A DNA stretch of 64,000 nucleotides, taken from positions 2,046,001 through 2,110,000 of the forward strand of contig NC_042999.1 of NCBI RefSeq assembly GCF_006345805.1, in the 5' to 3' direction. The notes beneath the pieces are model-generated. The model searched no databases and had not been told where the DNA came from. It was given only the letters and a program-made list of their open reading frames with translations. A program made the position numbers and the translations under genes. The DNA comes from Octopus sinensis. Lineage: Eukaryota. This document shows positions 37,121 through 51,532 of the stretch, in pieces (positions within the stretch are counted from its first letter, which is position 1; every line of letters begins with the position of its first letter).

Positions 37121-38204
37121 TAATTATACAAACTACAGAAAACAGTGACAAGGACAGTGTAAAACATTTATAAAATGGTAAACTGTAAATTTTCCATTTG
37201 GTAGTTTTAAATATAGGACTCACATGAGTGAGATTTTCGATCTGAGAAATTGACAGATGTGAAGTGCCAAGAAACAAGCCATAGATTACCATGTCAACTT
37301 CTTGGAAAAGGGGGAATTAAGGTACAAGGAATGGAACATCTCTCAAAGAATAACGGAGAAAATAATGTGACAGTTACCTGAGAATGGTAATTGTAACCAG
37401 GGTAAGTTGAATAATGTATCATGAAAAGAGCTTGAATAAGGAATTCTTTGAAACAGATGCATGAATATTTTCTTCAGAAATAAATTTGTAGCAGAGAGGG
37501 CTTACAGGACTCATATTTTACCATTTCTAATTGGCATTATTCTATATTTGTGTGAAAGGTGGTTAACGTTCTGTGGTATTTCTCATTTGATTAGCAATGT
37601 TCTCAATGGTAACCTTTCGCATTGGTTAAACTTTTGTCTCATTGAGAATCTTTACTTGAAATCTATGTTAGAAAACTCAAAGAAATCCAAGATCATTTTG
37701 TCAGCTGAATCGCAGAATGCATTGCAATTCCCTTTAATCCAAATCCTATTTTGAAACACGTCCTCTGAGAAGAATAAAACACATACCACCATCCAATAAT
37801 AAATGATACAACACCTGACAGGTACACGTGTCAAACAGACATCATTTATTATATGTTACCTTCACCTTTAAAATATAGATTATGAGCTTAAGATTTCAGA
37901 AGAGATTTCTGTTTTGAAGTTTGTTGGGAAATAACAGATTTCATGGTTTCAAACCTTTCAATGAAACAAATGAATAAAAATAAGATTCTCTTGACAGTTT
38001 TAGGTGGTTAAGGTATGACAATGACACCTTTATGGCAGCCATGTATTTTGAAATTATAAAGGATATTAACAAAAATATTTTTCTATTCCTCAGATTTATT
38101 CTTACATTGTATCAAGGACTTTTCCAGATAATCCATGCTGCACCCAAGAAACATGTTTTCTTCTTAGTATCCTTTCCCAGATTAAGATCAAGTTTCTTAA
38201 TATC

Positions 38205-38331
38205 GTATCACAACTATATGTGCGTGACATGGTAATCTCATATCAAGATAAACAGCACGTGACCTTGCAGGTGGGGCCCAGTTAGAATTTTCTTCAGTTT
38301 CAGTATGCCAACCCTCTCAAAAGGTCCCTTT
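38205..38331. mobile_element. Non-coding repeat fragment abutting (ATT)n, probably the same family as 1325-1437
   Basis: tatcacaactatatgtgcgtgacatgg..ggggcccagttagaattttcttcag..aaaaggtccc followed by (ATT)n. Confidence 0.45.
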
Positions 38332-38358
38332 AATTATTATATTATTATTATTATTATT

Positions 38359-38711
38359 TACTTTTAATCTGCATGTTTGTTACAATAACTGGCTGAGACA
38401 CACTTAGTGTCCTAAGGATAAGAGATGTTACAGTTTGACTGAAAGCTTAGTGAGGGAAAGTGACAGGGGCAGTAACGAAATATCTTCATAGGATATTTCT
38501 AAAGTTTCCAGATGTTTCTTCAGCTTGCGTGGTTTTGAACCCAATGCTCTGATGGCAATAAGGACAATCTTTCTGTTTGACTCTCGTAGCTGCCACACCT
38601 TGGCGATCTCAATTCTCGGGTCTTCATATTTATCAATCTTTTCTCTTTCTTTCATGATAATACGTTGATCTCCTGGCACTACCACGTCAATTATTAGGCT
38701 CCCTGGTTTGT
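38359..38711 (-). pseudogene. Restriction-like endonuclease C-terminus of an R4-clade non-LTR element
   Basis: IIDVVVPGDQRIIMKEREKIDKYEDPRIEIAKVW..IAIRALG matches the RLE (D..P.D....KE.EK..KY) motif. The 3' end runs into (TAA)n. Confidence 0.85.
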
Positions 38712-38940
38712 GAAGGTGACAAGCTGGCAGAAACGTTAGCACGCTGGGTGAAATGCTTAGCAGTATTTCATCTGTCTTTATATTCTTTACATTCTGGGTT
38801 CAACTTTCGCTGAGGTCGTCTTTGTCTTTCATCCATTTGGGGTCGATAAATTAAGTACCAGTTGCATACTGGGATCAATCTAATCTACTGACCCCCCACC
38901 TCCCCAAGAATTTCAGGTCTTGTGTCTAGAGAGGAAAAGA
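38712..38940 (+). mobile_element. SINE family B
   Basis: Homology to 10398-10620. Confidence 0.8.
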
Positions 38941-39489
38941 ATATTTTATATTTCTAGACTTAAAGGGTGTTTCTTTTTTTATATATATATATATATATAT
39001 ATAATTATTGACTTTTTTTTATTGTTTGACTTCCTACCAAATTGCCAAAATCAGTCAAGCTGCCAAAGGGCTTAATCCAATTTTTTATGCAATTTCTGAA
39101 AACAGAAAATTTTTTTGTAATCAATAAAATAATATTCGATATAAATTGGATTAATAAATTTATTTATGTATTTATTTATTTATTTACAAGAAAGCCAAGT
39201 CTTTAGGATTGGGTGTACACAACGTCAGAGATGTTTTCAGTTTGCCAAGGCTTTATATTAAATGTATACAGCCGGTACATTGGCCAAGTCACAAGAGCAC
39301 AGTATATGTTCCAGCTCTGAAGATTCTGAGTTCAAATATCATTAGTATCGACTTTGTCTTCAATATGATTTTAGCCAATAAAAGAAATAGTCCAATACCG
39401 CATTCGACTTTTCTGTCTGTCTGACTCACTCTGGTTTCTACTCATAATTTTGAGGCCATACACTTGGCCTGATAATTGCATTAAGTGTT

Positions 39490-39820
39490 GTTAAGATACC
39501 CATGCCGGTGACGTGTAAAATGCACCGTCTGAACGTGGCAGATGCCAGCGCCGCCTGACTGGCTTCCGTGTCAGTGACACGTAAAAGCACCAACCGATTG
39601 TGGCTGTTTGCCAGCCTGCTCTGGCCCCTGTGCTGATGGCACGTAAAAAACACCCACTACACTCACGGAGTAGTTGGCGTGAGGAAGAGCATCCAGCTGT
39701 AGAAACACTGCCAGATCAGACTGGAGCCTGGTGCACCCTCCTGGCTTGCCAGACCTCGGTCGAACCATCCAACCCATGCTAGCATGGAAAACGGACGTTA
39801 AACGATGATGATGATGATGT
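39490..39820 (+). mobile_element. RTE 3'UTR/tail fragment
   Basis: Same tail as 55690-55925, ending in (GAT)n. Confidence 0.8.
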
Positions 39821-41388
39821 TCACATGTCTGTCTAGAATCAATGTACTTTAACTTCATAGAAGGAATTCACTCGGTCGAACAACTGAAAGCTTAACATTG
39901 AGACCAATCGACGGTCTATAAGTAATAACACATGACCGTGTTTTGCACCGTTTGATTTCAATCTCAGTTCGGTAGTATTTTGTCTTTGCTTTTTCTAATA
40001 CCACTCAGCATTTTCACTCTTCTTTTCAATTACCAATTCTCTTATATCTACATAAGTCAAACAAATACATTCTGTTTAGTATATACAGAAATGTTAATAA
40101 ACCTATTTCTGTTTATCTCCGAACATCTACAGCAATTTTTGGTCTTAAGATTAGAAAGATACCGGCCGGCTATCATACTGTTTCAACGTAATTAGTGTTA
40201 TATTTATAGCAAACTATTGTAACTGGAAAGAAGGTGATACGAAGCCTGTAGTTTGGTTGAGAAAATAAAATCATAACATATTCAAACTAGATAATCTGGC
40301 TGAAAGCTTTTAAGAATAAACTTCGCCGAAGAGAGCGAGAGAGAAGAAAAAAAGAGGAAAAAAAAATATATATATATATATAAATGCAGAAAGGGTATTA
40401 ATATCTTATGCATTTATTCATTCTGATGCACATAGAAATATATGTGAGCAACAGAATGATGTGTTCAGTGTGCAGAGCTGTAAAATGTCCATCACTAAAC
40501 ATTACAGCCATATGGATATATATTTTTAATGCCAAAATATGATAAGTGCATATATATGTGTGTGGCACTATATTACATGTGCAAAAGAAAACATGTTACG
40601 AAACAAACTAGAAAAGAATGTGAAATGCTGAATTCTAATGGAAATTTATCACATCTTCTTGTGATGAAGGGGAAAAAAATTACATACATGCTTATACGCA
40701 ATTATACACATATGTGCGTATATGTAATACACACATATACTCATTCACCCACATATGCACACATATATACCTACTGTAAGTGGATGCACATGAATCTCAC
40801 AAACTATGTCTTCATTCGTCTAACAGAAGAGTTTATTCACCGAGAGTGCTCAACAAACTGGAAATGAGTTGGGTCTATGATCAATGTCTATGTTTATGTG
40901 AGATATATAAGCAGAGGGAATGAATCTCAAATTACAAAAAGTACTCACAGCAAAGAAAATATGTATATGTTCACACAATACACACATTTGGCTGCTATGT
41001 CTGGCAGATTGAGCAAATAATTTGAACCATCCTTGTTGGTGTATGAAAATGAAATATTGGTACAAAGCATAAACGAATATCTGTCAGAACGTTTTGAAAC
41101 ATCAATTTGTATCTGAAATTTCTTGCTTCCACTTAGTATTGAAAATAACAAGTTCCCATTACTTAGACACCTTAATAATTCATGGAAACAGCTTTATATC
41201 ACCCAAACCATACTCGCTAACAAGTAATGGCTGGTTGTACTTTTAAGCAACTTCAATCTCTGGTTTATTAAGAAATAGTACAACGAATGTAAGAAAAACA
41301 TGTAACATATTACAGATATGTTTGTTTTAAACAGTGTTTACTAGTTTAAATCTGAGAATTAAAACTGCATTTGCATCTCTCTGAACAG

Positions 41389-41686
41389 AAAGATCTTTGG
41401 ACTAATATTTCTTTAGAAATATGCTAAGTTGATTTACAATGGAACTATATTGATCGTAAAGTACTAAGCTAATTGAAATCCGAACGAAATTAATTAAAAT
41501 CCGTACTAAATTAATTCAAAAGTGCATTTTTAATGACGGCTCTTTCCGTGCACTTTTAAATTAAATTAGTATGGATTTCAAATAATTTAATTTGGATTTT
41601 AATTAACTTAGTACCTTTCAATTATTTTAATTTCATTTTCAATCAGCTTAGCATGTTCCTAAAGAAATATTAATCCAAAAGCTTTA
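41389..41686. mobile_element. Decayed fold-back / MITE-like element
   Basis: aaagatctttggactaatatttctttag..gctaagttgatt / aatcagcttagc..ctaaagaaatattaatccaaaagcttt, with inner arms aaaagtgca..tgcactttt. Confidence 0.6.
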
Positions 41687-41839
41687 CATGTTAACACATG
41701 TAAGTATAGTTTGACTTCTCAAATTTAAACTAGTAAAACTATTTAAAGTAATATTAACATCACCAGCGCTTTACGAATCTTCGTTTGTTTCCATGTATTG
41801 CTTTATAATTAATCAGTGATCAAAGTTATTTGTTTTGTC

Positions 41840-43465
41840 TTTAACTTGCTTCAGTCATTAGCCTGTGGCCATGCTGGGGCACTGCTTCGGAGAAATTTTA
41901 ATCAAATGAATTGGTGCCAGCATTTATTATGTATATATATTTTTAATGTCTGGTATTTCTATCAGCCTCTTTTTTCTGAACCATAAGTTAAGGGGATGTA
42001 AACAAAACAACACCGTTCATCAAGCACTAGTGGTTGAAAAAGACACATATACACACACAAGATGGGCTTCTTTCAGTTTCCATCTACCAAATCAGCTCAC
42101 AAAGCTTTGGTTGACCTGAGGTTATAGTAGAAGACACTTGCCTTTAAGATACCATGGGACTGAACCCCAATTCACATGGTTTGGAAGCAAGCTTCTTACC
42201 ACTTGGCCTCACCTAAATAATCTTTTCTACTGTAGGCACAACACCTGAAATTTGTGGGGAGAGGACTAGTCAATTACATCAACCCCAGTGTTTCACTGGT
42301 ACTTAATTTATTGACCCCGAAAGGATAAAACACAACGTCGACCTTGGTGGAAGTTGAACTCAGAACATAGCAGCAGATTAAATACCGCTAAGCATTTCAC
42401 TTGGCATGCTAACAATTCTGCTAGCTCATCACCTTAATTCACCTAAATAATGACTTCTTTTAATTAGTAGGAAATCCATAAATAAGACTGTTCTTTCAAA
42501 CAAATGAGGATATCATGGAATGAAAACTTCTGATGATAGCATAAAATTGTAATATTATCACTAATTTCATAGCTATGGTGAAGACAAGTGAAACCAGTTG
42601 ACTATATAAATATTCTATCTCATAAAAATACTTATATATATTGTTCAATATAAAATTTCTGTGCATTTTCCTTCTTTTCGTAGCACCCATTACACTCTAA
42701 GAGTGGTTGATGTTAGGAGGGGCATCCAGTTGTAGAAACCAAACCAAATCAGATTGGAACCTTATGCAGCTCTCTGGCTTACCAGCTTCAGTCAAACCAT
42801 TTAAACCATGCCATCATTGAAAGCAGATGTTAAATGACAATGATGATGATGTATATATATATATATATATATTTATAGACGCAGACGTGGCTGTGTGGTA
42901 AGAACCTTGCTTCTTAACCACATGGTTCTGGGTTCAGCCCCACTGTATGACACCTTAGGCAAGTGTCTCCTACTATAGCCTCAGGTGAACCAAAGCCTTG
43001 TGAGTGGATTTGGTAGATGGAAACTGAAAGAAGCCCACCGTACATACATATATATATATGAATGTATTTGTCCTTTGTGTCTCTGTTTGTCCCACCCCTC
43101 CCCACCATTGCTTGACAACTGATGTTGGTGTGTTTACCTGCCCGTCACATAGCGATTCAGCAAAAAGGGACTGATAGAATAAGTACTAGGCTTACAAAGA
43201 ATAAGTCCTGGGGTCGATTTGTTCAACTAAAGATGGTGCTCCAGCATGACCGCAGTCAAATGACTGAAACAAGTAAGAGTATACATATACATATACAATT
43301 GGCTTCCACACAGTTTCCACCTACCAAATTCTCTCACAAGGCATCAGCAAACTTGAAATTATAGATGAAGACACTCGCCCAAGCTGCCATGGAGTGAGAC
43401 TGAACCTGAACTCAGAACCAAATGGTTGTAAACTGACCTTCTTAACCACACAGCCATGTCTGTGC
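41840..43465. mobile_element. Cluster of decayed SINE A, SINE B and RTE-tail copies
   Basis: A (41840-42215 -, 42875-43280 +, 43290-43465 -), B (42225-42435 -), RTE tail (42690-42850 +). Confidence 0.75.
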
Positions 43466-43779
43466 CTACATAACCATCTCCTTTTTTTTCTGTTTTCAAG
43501 ATAATCACTCTGGATATAAAGGAGATTTTGCTGCTATGTCTAGCAGGTGGCATGACTATGTCGTTATCATTTTTAAATATTAAATATCTCAGTTAATTGT
43601 AAGTGAGACTAAAGAATTATACATCTCATGATTTCTGCATTGTATTATCTTTTGTCTGTTCTGAGACTGATAAATTAGAGTTAATTTAGTTTTATTGCAT
43701 CACATAGAATTTCATCGCACAATTTGGTATTGGAACGAGCCAATTGAATTGCTACAAAGAACTGTCTCCAATCATATTC

Positions 43780-44023
43780 AGAGATACACATATACACACC
43801 TGCACACATACACACACGTGCACACATGTACACACACACACATGTACTCTTACACACACATTGGTATGTATATGTATGTTTGCATATTTATATATATGTA
43901 CATATATGTATGTGTGAGTGCGTATTTATATATATATATATATAAAATTACATATATACATATATGCATATATATTTGTATGTTTGTATTAATTTATATA
44001 TACATATATATATGTATGTGTGA

Positions 44024-44059
<36 letters not shown>

Positions 44060-44089
44060 GTATATACATGCATATATATATATATATAC

Positions 44090-44170
<81 letters not shown>

Positions 44171-45190
44171 CATATATACATATACATATATAATATACAT
44201 ATATATACATATACATATATATACATATACATATATATATATATATAACATATATATATATATATACATATCTATATACATGCATATATATATATATATA
44301 TATATGTGTGCATATATATATATATATATGTATGTATATATGTATGTTATATATATATATATATATGTATATGTATATATTTATGTATATGTATATATAT
44401 ATATGAATATATATATACATATATATATATATGTATATGTATATATATATACATATGTATATATATGTATATATACATACATATATATATATACACATAT
44501 ATATGTATATTTTTATACATACATATATGTGTGTGTGCATATATATATATAAACATACTTGTACATATATGTACTTATAGATAAAATTATAACTATATCC
44601 ACATTCATATACACAGGTGCACAAATACACTCAAGCATCTGTGTCTGTTTGTATGTGTGCATATATACATATATATATATATACACATACATACACATGC
44701 ATACACACATACATTATATATAAAATGGTAAATATATGTGCAGAGACATACACGCACATATATATGTTTATATACACACATAACATTTGTATGTGTGCAC
44801 ATGCATACACAGATGTAAACACATACACACACACAAATGTATATATGTATAAGTGTATATACATATACAAATTCATACATATATAGAGATTTATATATAT
44901 GTGTATAAATACACGTCTATATATTTATACACATAGATGCATATGTATCCACACACACTTTACTTACATACATGTTTGAACTCTCTCTTACTCTCTCACA
45001 CACACACAGAAAAATACATGTGTGTGTATATATATATATATTATTTACATAGACATATATATAGAAATACTTGTGTATATATACAGATATATAATCATAC
45101 ACATGCATACATATACGTTATTTACAGCCATATATAAACTCACATACATACACACATACATAAATATACATAAACATATACATACAGCAA
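43780..45190. repeat. (TA)n/(TACA)n microsatellite field
   Basis: Direct reading. Confidence 0.95.
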
Positions 45191-46191
45191 AACTGATATT
45201 TTTTCATGATTTTCATTACCTCTTGTTACCATGTCGTTAACTGTGACCAAACGGCGAAGTTTGTAATTGTTATGCAAATGACGCTGACGACCAATTAATG
45301 AAAAGCACTTGTGTAATATGAGACTTGTCAATTAGAAAATCTAATAAAATCACACAAGACCTATCAGTGAAAATTTGATAAATGAGATTTTTACATGTTT
45401 CTTACAACATTCAACAACTAAGTATTATTTAAGTTACAATATTTCAACAACCAATTCAATTTGTTCACACAAGAAAACAGCACAGATAATAGGACATAAA
45501 ATATATTGATTTCAGTCTGGGGAAGGGTGGCAGTGAACTGTATTTCTCTGCATTTTTATTTAGTTGTGTATTTCTTTTTTTTTTTTATTTTGATATTATC
45601 TTTAATTGGTGGTGGACTTGAGATTTTATATGTTGCCTGGTTTTAATAACCCTCGCCCTCCCAGTTACCCGTTTGTGCCTTTTTACAGACTCAGAATAAG
45701 CTGGTGGTGTTGTAAGTGTTTAAAGCCGATCTTCAGGTCTTGACGATAGACACAGGCATGTATGTGTGGTTGAGAAGGTTGCTTTGCAAATATTTAGTCA
45801 AGAGTTCAGTCCCACTGAGCAGCACCTTCGGCAAGTGTCTTCTGCTACAGCCCCAGGATGATCAGTGCCTTGTGATGAATTTGGTAGATGGAATTAAAAG
45901 AAGTCTGTTGAATGTGTGTATGAGGTGTGTGTATGTGTGTCTTGCCCCTTCACTGCCACATGCACTTGTTGTGGTGCACCTGAGCACTGTATACAATAAT
46001 TTCATTATTATTATTATTATTACTTTTTTCTTTCTTCTTTCAAATTTGCTTCCATTTCTTGCCGAGTGTCTTCCCGACTCCTAGGGCAAAGAAACTCATA
46101 GTATACATTGGTAGGCCATTAAACTAAACTCAATAGTTCGTTCATTTTTTTTTTAAGTTAAATTAAAATACATGGGTAGTAATGATTCTCA

Positions 46192-46243
<52 letters not shown>

Positions 46244-46794
46244 TTTAAAACCGGTGTTGTGTGTTTATGTCTCCATAACTTAGCAGTTTGGCAAAAGAAA
46301 CCTATAAAATAAAACTAGACTTTAAAAAAAGAAGCACTGGGGTTAATTTGTTCAACTAAAACCCTGAAGGTGGTGCTCCAACATGGACACAACTCAATAA
46401 GTGAAACAAGTAAATAAGAAATTATACATGAGGAGGTGCCACAACCATGACCATGACCACCAGAATCACTACTACCAACACCACTATCTCCACCACCACC
46501 ACCACCACCACCACCACCACTACAACCACCACCATAACAGAAAAGATTTAATATGAAACCACTCCTGATGCACTTTTCCAATTTTCTTCTTCGTCTTCTT
46601 CTTGTTCTTCTTGTTGCCATACAAGTAATTCAAAGAAGTCGGAAGATTGTTTCTTCGTCTCCTTTCGTGTGTTCCATCTTTGCAAAAAGATTAAACAATT
46701 TCACAGAGGGCAGATATCATGGCAGCCAGCTATTGTCTATTGCAAGAATTACCTAAATCAATAACATGTTCCCAAGCCTTTGAAACATGTAACA

Positions 46795-46806
46795 CTATTA
46801 TTATTA

Positions 46807-46871
<65 letters not shown>

Positions 46872-47193
46872 TTCATTATCATTTTTATTTTCATTATCAT
46901 TTTAATTTTTATTATTATCATTATATCATTGTTATTACCGTCCTCCTCTCCTTCTTCTTCTTCTTCTTCTTCTTCTTCTTCTTCTTCATCTTATTATTAT
47001 TATTATGATTATTTTCGTTATCATTTTTATTATTATTATTATCATTACATCATTGTTATTATTGTCCTCCTTCTTCTTCGTCTTCTTCTTCTTCTTCTTC
47101 TTCTCTCCTTCTTCTCCTTCTTCTTCTTCTTCCTTCTTCCTTTTCTTCTTCTTCTCCTTCTTCTTCTTCTTCCTTCTTCCTTCTTCATCTTCT

Positions 47194-47224
<31 letters not shown>

Positions 47225-47432
47225 TTATTATTATTATTATCATTATTATTATTATTATTACCATCGTCATTGTCATCCTCCTCCTCCTCCTCCTCCTCTG
47301 TTTCTTCTTCTTCTCCTCCTCCTCCTCCTCATCATCATCATCGTTGTTGTCACCATCATCATCATCCATCTTCTTAATATTATTACTATTATTATTGATA
47401 CTATCATCATTATTACTATCATCATTCTTCTT

Positions 47433-47493
<61 letters not shown>

Positions 47494-48667
47494 TTATTAT
47501 TATCATCATCATCATCATCATCATAACTATTATCTGGAGTGTATTGCACAAATGGCTAACCTGAACATTCTGGTTAAAGGGAAGCATTACTTGTTGCACA
47601 GATCATAAAACTTTTGCCTGTGGGAGGAACGAACGGACGAAGATTCTTACGTTCCTGAAGACATGCAACATATGTGCATGCATGCATGCATATGTGTGCT
47701 GCACACAAACAGATGCACACAAGTCTGCACACATGAATATATATAAATCTCTGTGTGTGTGGTGTGAGTGAGTGTGATGTGTATGTATGTGTGTACATCT
47801 ATATGTAAACATACATACACATATATGTATATATATGTACATCTATGTATAAATATGTGTGTGCATGCATACATTTATATATGTGTATATGTATATACAT
47901 ATGTGTATATTTATATATATATGTATATATATATATATGCATATATATATATATATATACATATATATACACACACATAAATATATATACATATACATAT
48001 ATATACACACACACACACACGCACAGATATATATGTATGTATAGCTACACATATACATAAACTTACATGCATGTGTGTGTGTGTGTTTGTGTGTGTATAC
48101 ATATATATATATACATACATATTTATATATATTCACTTATATGTGTAAATATACATATGTATATGTAGACATATACATATATATTCACACATACACACGC
48201 ACAGATATATATGTATGTATAGCTACACATATACATAAACTTACATGCATGTGTGTGTGTGTGTGTGTTTGTGTGTGTATACATATATATATACATACAT
48301 ATACACATGAATAATTACATACATGAATATGTATAGCTAAATGCAAATAGCGTCTTTGGCTGAGGTAAACCTCTTGCATGTCAAGGAAATTCACATAAAG
48401 GAGCTTACTGGACCAGAATACACCTGAAATGACTGGAAAATCATTTCATTTGTGTATCAAATGATGTGGTTCCAAACAACAGCTGCAAACCATTCGAGGA
48501 ATGGTGATTTGGAATGAAGCTAAATCAAATTTAAGTGAAATTAATTCAATTCAAACTATAATGAGTTTCATAAGTCATTCTTAGAGCTTGTAATGTGTTC
48601 TGCTACAAGTTTTGTTCACAGTGGGCCGAGTATCTTGTAAAAGAGATTGTGACCAGTGAATCAAGTT

Positions 48668-48703
<36 letters not shown>

Positions 48704-48741
48704 GTCTATCTATCTATTTCTGTCTGTCTGTCTGTCTATCC

Positions 48742-48793
<52 letters not shown>

Positions 48794-48814
48794 GTCTCTA
48801 TCTATCTATCTGTC

Positions 48815-48853
<39 letters not shown>

Positions 48854-49050
48854 GTTATAAACAAGTGAAGAAAAAATATAGAGAGAGTGTGTGTCGATTT
48901 GGTAAAAAAAATAAATAATATCTATCTATCTATCTATCTCTATTTATCTATCTATCTATATCTATCTATCTATCTATCTATATATCTATCTATTTATCTA
49001 TCTATCTATCTCTCTATCTACATATCTACCTATCTATCTATCTATTTATC
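46795..49050. repeat. Microsatellite fields: (ATT/CTT)n 46795-47530, (TA/CA)n 47650-48330, (CTAT)n 48670-49050
   Basis: Direct reading. Confidence 0.9.
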
Positions 49051-49269
49051 TCATTGATATTTATAGAAAAACAAGACAAAGACAGGTGTAGGAACACTCT
49101 GGAGTGAATGGAGTAAGCTGAACAAGAATACACACAGAAACGAAAAGTGTCACTGAAGACGTCACAGATGTCTGACAAAAGAGTTCCAGACAATGGACAG
49201 GCATTAAAATAATAAACAAGTGAAGAAAAGATATATAGAGAGAGTGTGTCTATTTGGTAAAATAAATAA

Positions 49270-49690
49270 ATAGGAGTGGCTGTGTGGTAAGTAGCTTGCT
49301 AACCAACCACATGGTTCCGGGTTCAGTCCCACTGCGTGGCATCTTGGGCAAGTGTCTTCTGCTATAGCCCCGGGCCAACCAATGCCTTGTGAGTGGATTT
49401 GGTAGACGGAAACTGAAAGAAGCCTGTCGTATATATGTATATATATATATATATATATAAGTGTGTGTGTATATGTTTGTGTGTCTGTGTTTGTCCCCCT
49501 AGCATTGCTTGACAACCGATGCTGGTGTGTTTACGTCCCTGTCACTTAGTGGTTCAGCAAAAGCGACCGATAGAATAAGTACTGGGCTTACAAAGAATAA
49601 GTCCCGGGGTCGATTTGCTCGACTAAAGGCGGAGCTCCAGCATGGCCACAGTCAAATGACTGAAACAAGTAAAAGAGTAAAAGAGTGATA
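49270..49690 (+). mobile_element. SINE family A, near full length
   Basis: Head to (AAGAGTA) tail. Confidence 0.88.
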
Positions 49691-49909
49691 ATAAATAAAA
49701 GGACCATCCCAAAATACAACAATATATTTTTCAACACAAGATTTCACATCAGGAATCTTGCAAAATGAGTTGATATATATATATATATATGCTTTTGGTT
49801 TGAATGGTTTTGCAAAGCAGTGTCGAGTTTTACAATTCTGTAAATAATAATAATGGGATTTTTTTATAAGCTTATAAACATCACTGTGCAAATGGCTGAG
49901 GAAAATAGT

Positions 49910-50930
49910 CTAATAATGGGGCGTATAAGCCTTCAACAGAAAAAAGTAGGCTTTGCCGTACACTTGAGACTTGAACCCACATCCCTTTGTTAACGCGACT
50001 TAGTGTGTTACCAGTTACAGCAGCAAACCAGCCTGCTCCTTTCTGTCAAATTTAAGAACTCTTTTACTCTTTTACTCTTTTACTTGTTTCACTCATTTGA
50101 CTGCGGCCATGCTGGAGCACCGCCTTTAATCGAGCAACTCGACCCCGGGACTTATACTTTTTGTAAGCCCAGTACTTATTCTATCGGTCTCTTTTGCCGA
50201 ACCGCTAAATGACGGGGACGTAAACACACCAGCATCGATTGTCAAGTAATGCTAGGAGGACAAACACAGACACACAAACACAGACACATACACATATATA
50301 CATATATATACATATATATGACAGGCTTCTTTCAGTTTCCATCTACCAAATCCACTCACAAGGTTTTGGTCGGCCTGAGGCTATAGCAGAAGACACTCAC
50401 CCAAGGTGCCATGCAGTGGGACTGAACGCGGAACCATGTGGGTGGTAGACAAGCTACTTACCACACAGCCACTCCTGCGCCTATATTAGTTCCTAGTTTT
50501 TTTTTTTTGTGAACAGAAACTTTATGCTTTCAGTGCAAATGGTTTTGTTACAAAAAGCAACGATGAACTAATATAGTTCTTAAATTGGACAGACAGGAGC
50601 AGGCTGGTTTGCTGGTGTAACTGGTAACACACTTAGTCATATTAACAAAAGGATGTGGGTTCGAGTCACATGTGTACAGGAAAGCTTACTTTTTTTTCTG
50701 TTGAGGGCTTTTATGCCCCATTATTAGAATATGATAGATCACTAGACATTAAACCTTTTTTTAATTTTTACTCCCTGTTTATTTTTGTGTTCCTTTCTGA
50801 TGAAGAGTGTAGGCTCGAAACATAAAAGACTTTCTCTCTTCCCAAGCATTAAACTAACACATCTGTTTGTTGTTTACACAGCCGTCTTCGTCTTTTGTTT
50901 TTTGTAAATTCTCACTATATATACATATAC
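49910..50930. mobile_element. Fold-back element with tRNA-like head and downstream hammerhead, interrupted by SINE A (50060-50485)
   Basis: Inverted arms 49910-50059 / 50575-50727. A box TGGTGTAACTGG (50613-50624), B box GGTTCGAGTC (50658-50667), hammerhead at 50793, then (TA)n. Confidence 0.65.
50793..50828 (+). ncRNA. Minimal type I hammerhead ribozyme
   Basis: CTTT CTGATGA A GAGT gtag GCTC GAAA CA TA AAAG. Stem I CTTT/AAAG; stem III ACAT, probably from ACGT. Confidence 0.7.
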
Positions 50931-50959
50931 ATATACATACATATATATATATATATATA

Positions 50960-51430
50960 TTGGGTCATCCCATAAATAATGCATTATTTTCAAATGCATG
51001 AACTAAAAATCAGAGGCGTATAGGATAAACTTCCTATGTCAACATGCTATAAAAGCAGGTAGTAATTTTTTTTAATCCTTATTCTTAATGCAAGTTTTGA
51101 AGAGTGCAGTTCGATTTTAAAAGTTATTTTTTCAAAGCTATAATGGAAGTGACAAAGGAGCATATTCAGCATATTTTCCTTTATGAGTTCAATAAAGGCA
51201 ATGACAACAGAAAACGCAAAGAATATTAATGCAGTATATGGGGATTGGACAATAAGCGTAAGCTAGTGTCAACAGTGGTTCCAGAAATTCTAAGCCAGAA
51301 ACTACAGCCTAGAAGATGAGCCTCATCCTGGAAGATCTGTAGAGCTCAATGAGGATGTCCTGCAAACCCTGGTGGAACAAATTTCCATCATAACTAAGAA
51401 CTAGCAGAGAAGGTTGGATTTGGTCATTCA
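50960..51430 (+). pseudogene. Mariner transposase 5' fragment with left TIR
   Basis: TA|TTGGGTCATCCCATAAATAATGC end. From ATG 51143: MEVTKEHIQHIFLYEFNKG..AKNINAVYG..QWFQKF..SLEDEPHPGRSVELNEDVLQTLVEQ, with stops and a frameshift (mariner HTH). Confidence 0.88.
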
Positions 51431-51501
51431 ATCCCTCGAGCCAAACTGATTGGTAAGATCAACCACGTTGGATATTTATAATACTGTACACTTTGGATAA
51501 T

Positions 51502-51530
<29 letters not shown>

Positions 51531-51532
<2 letters not shown>

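Noticed and set aside
37461-37834. Overlapping ORFs and a minus-strand acceptor-like site in unique sequence
   Set aside because: No recognisable protein motif and no convincing donor; insufficient to call an exon.
40945-41151. ORF with TNKDGSNYLLNLPD, reminiscent of LepA/EF-G 'YLLNLIDTPGH'
   Set aside because: The catalytic DTPGH motif is absent, the flanks do not match, and no other exons were found.
43695-44886. Ile/Tyr-rich ORFs (also 53634-54288, 63329-63721)
   Set aside because: (TA)n artefacts.
49148-49192. CTGAAGA + GTCA/TGAC stem
   Set aside because: No G12, no palindromic stem III and poor stem I; at best a dead remnant.
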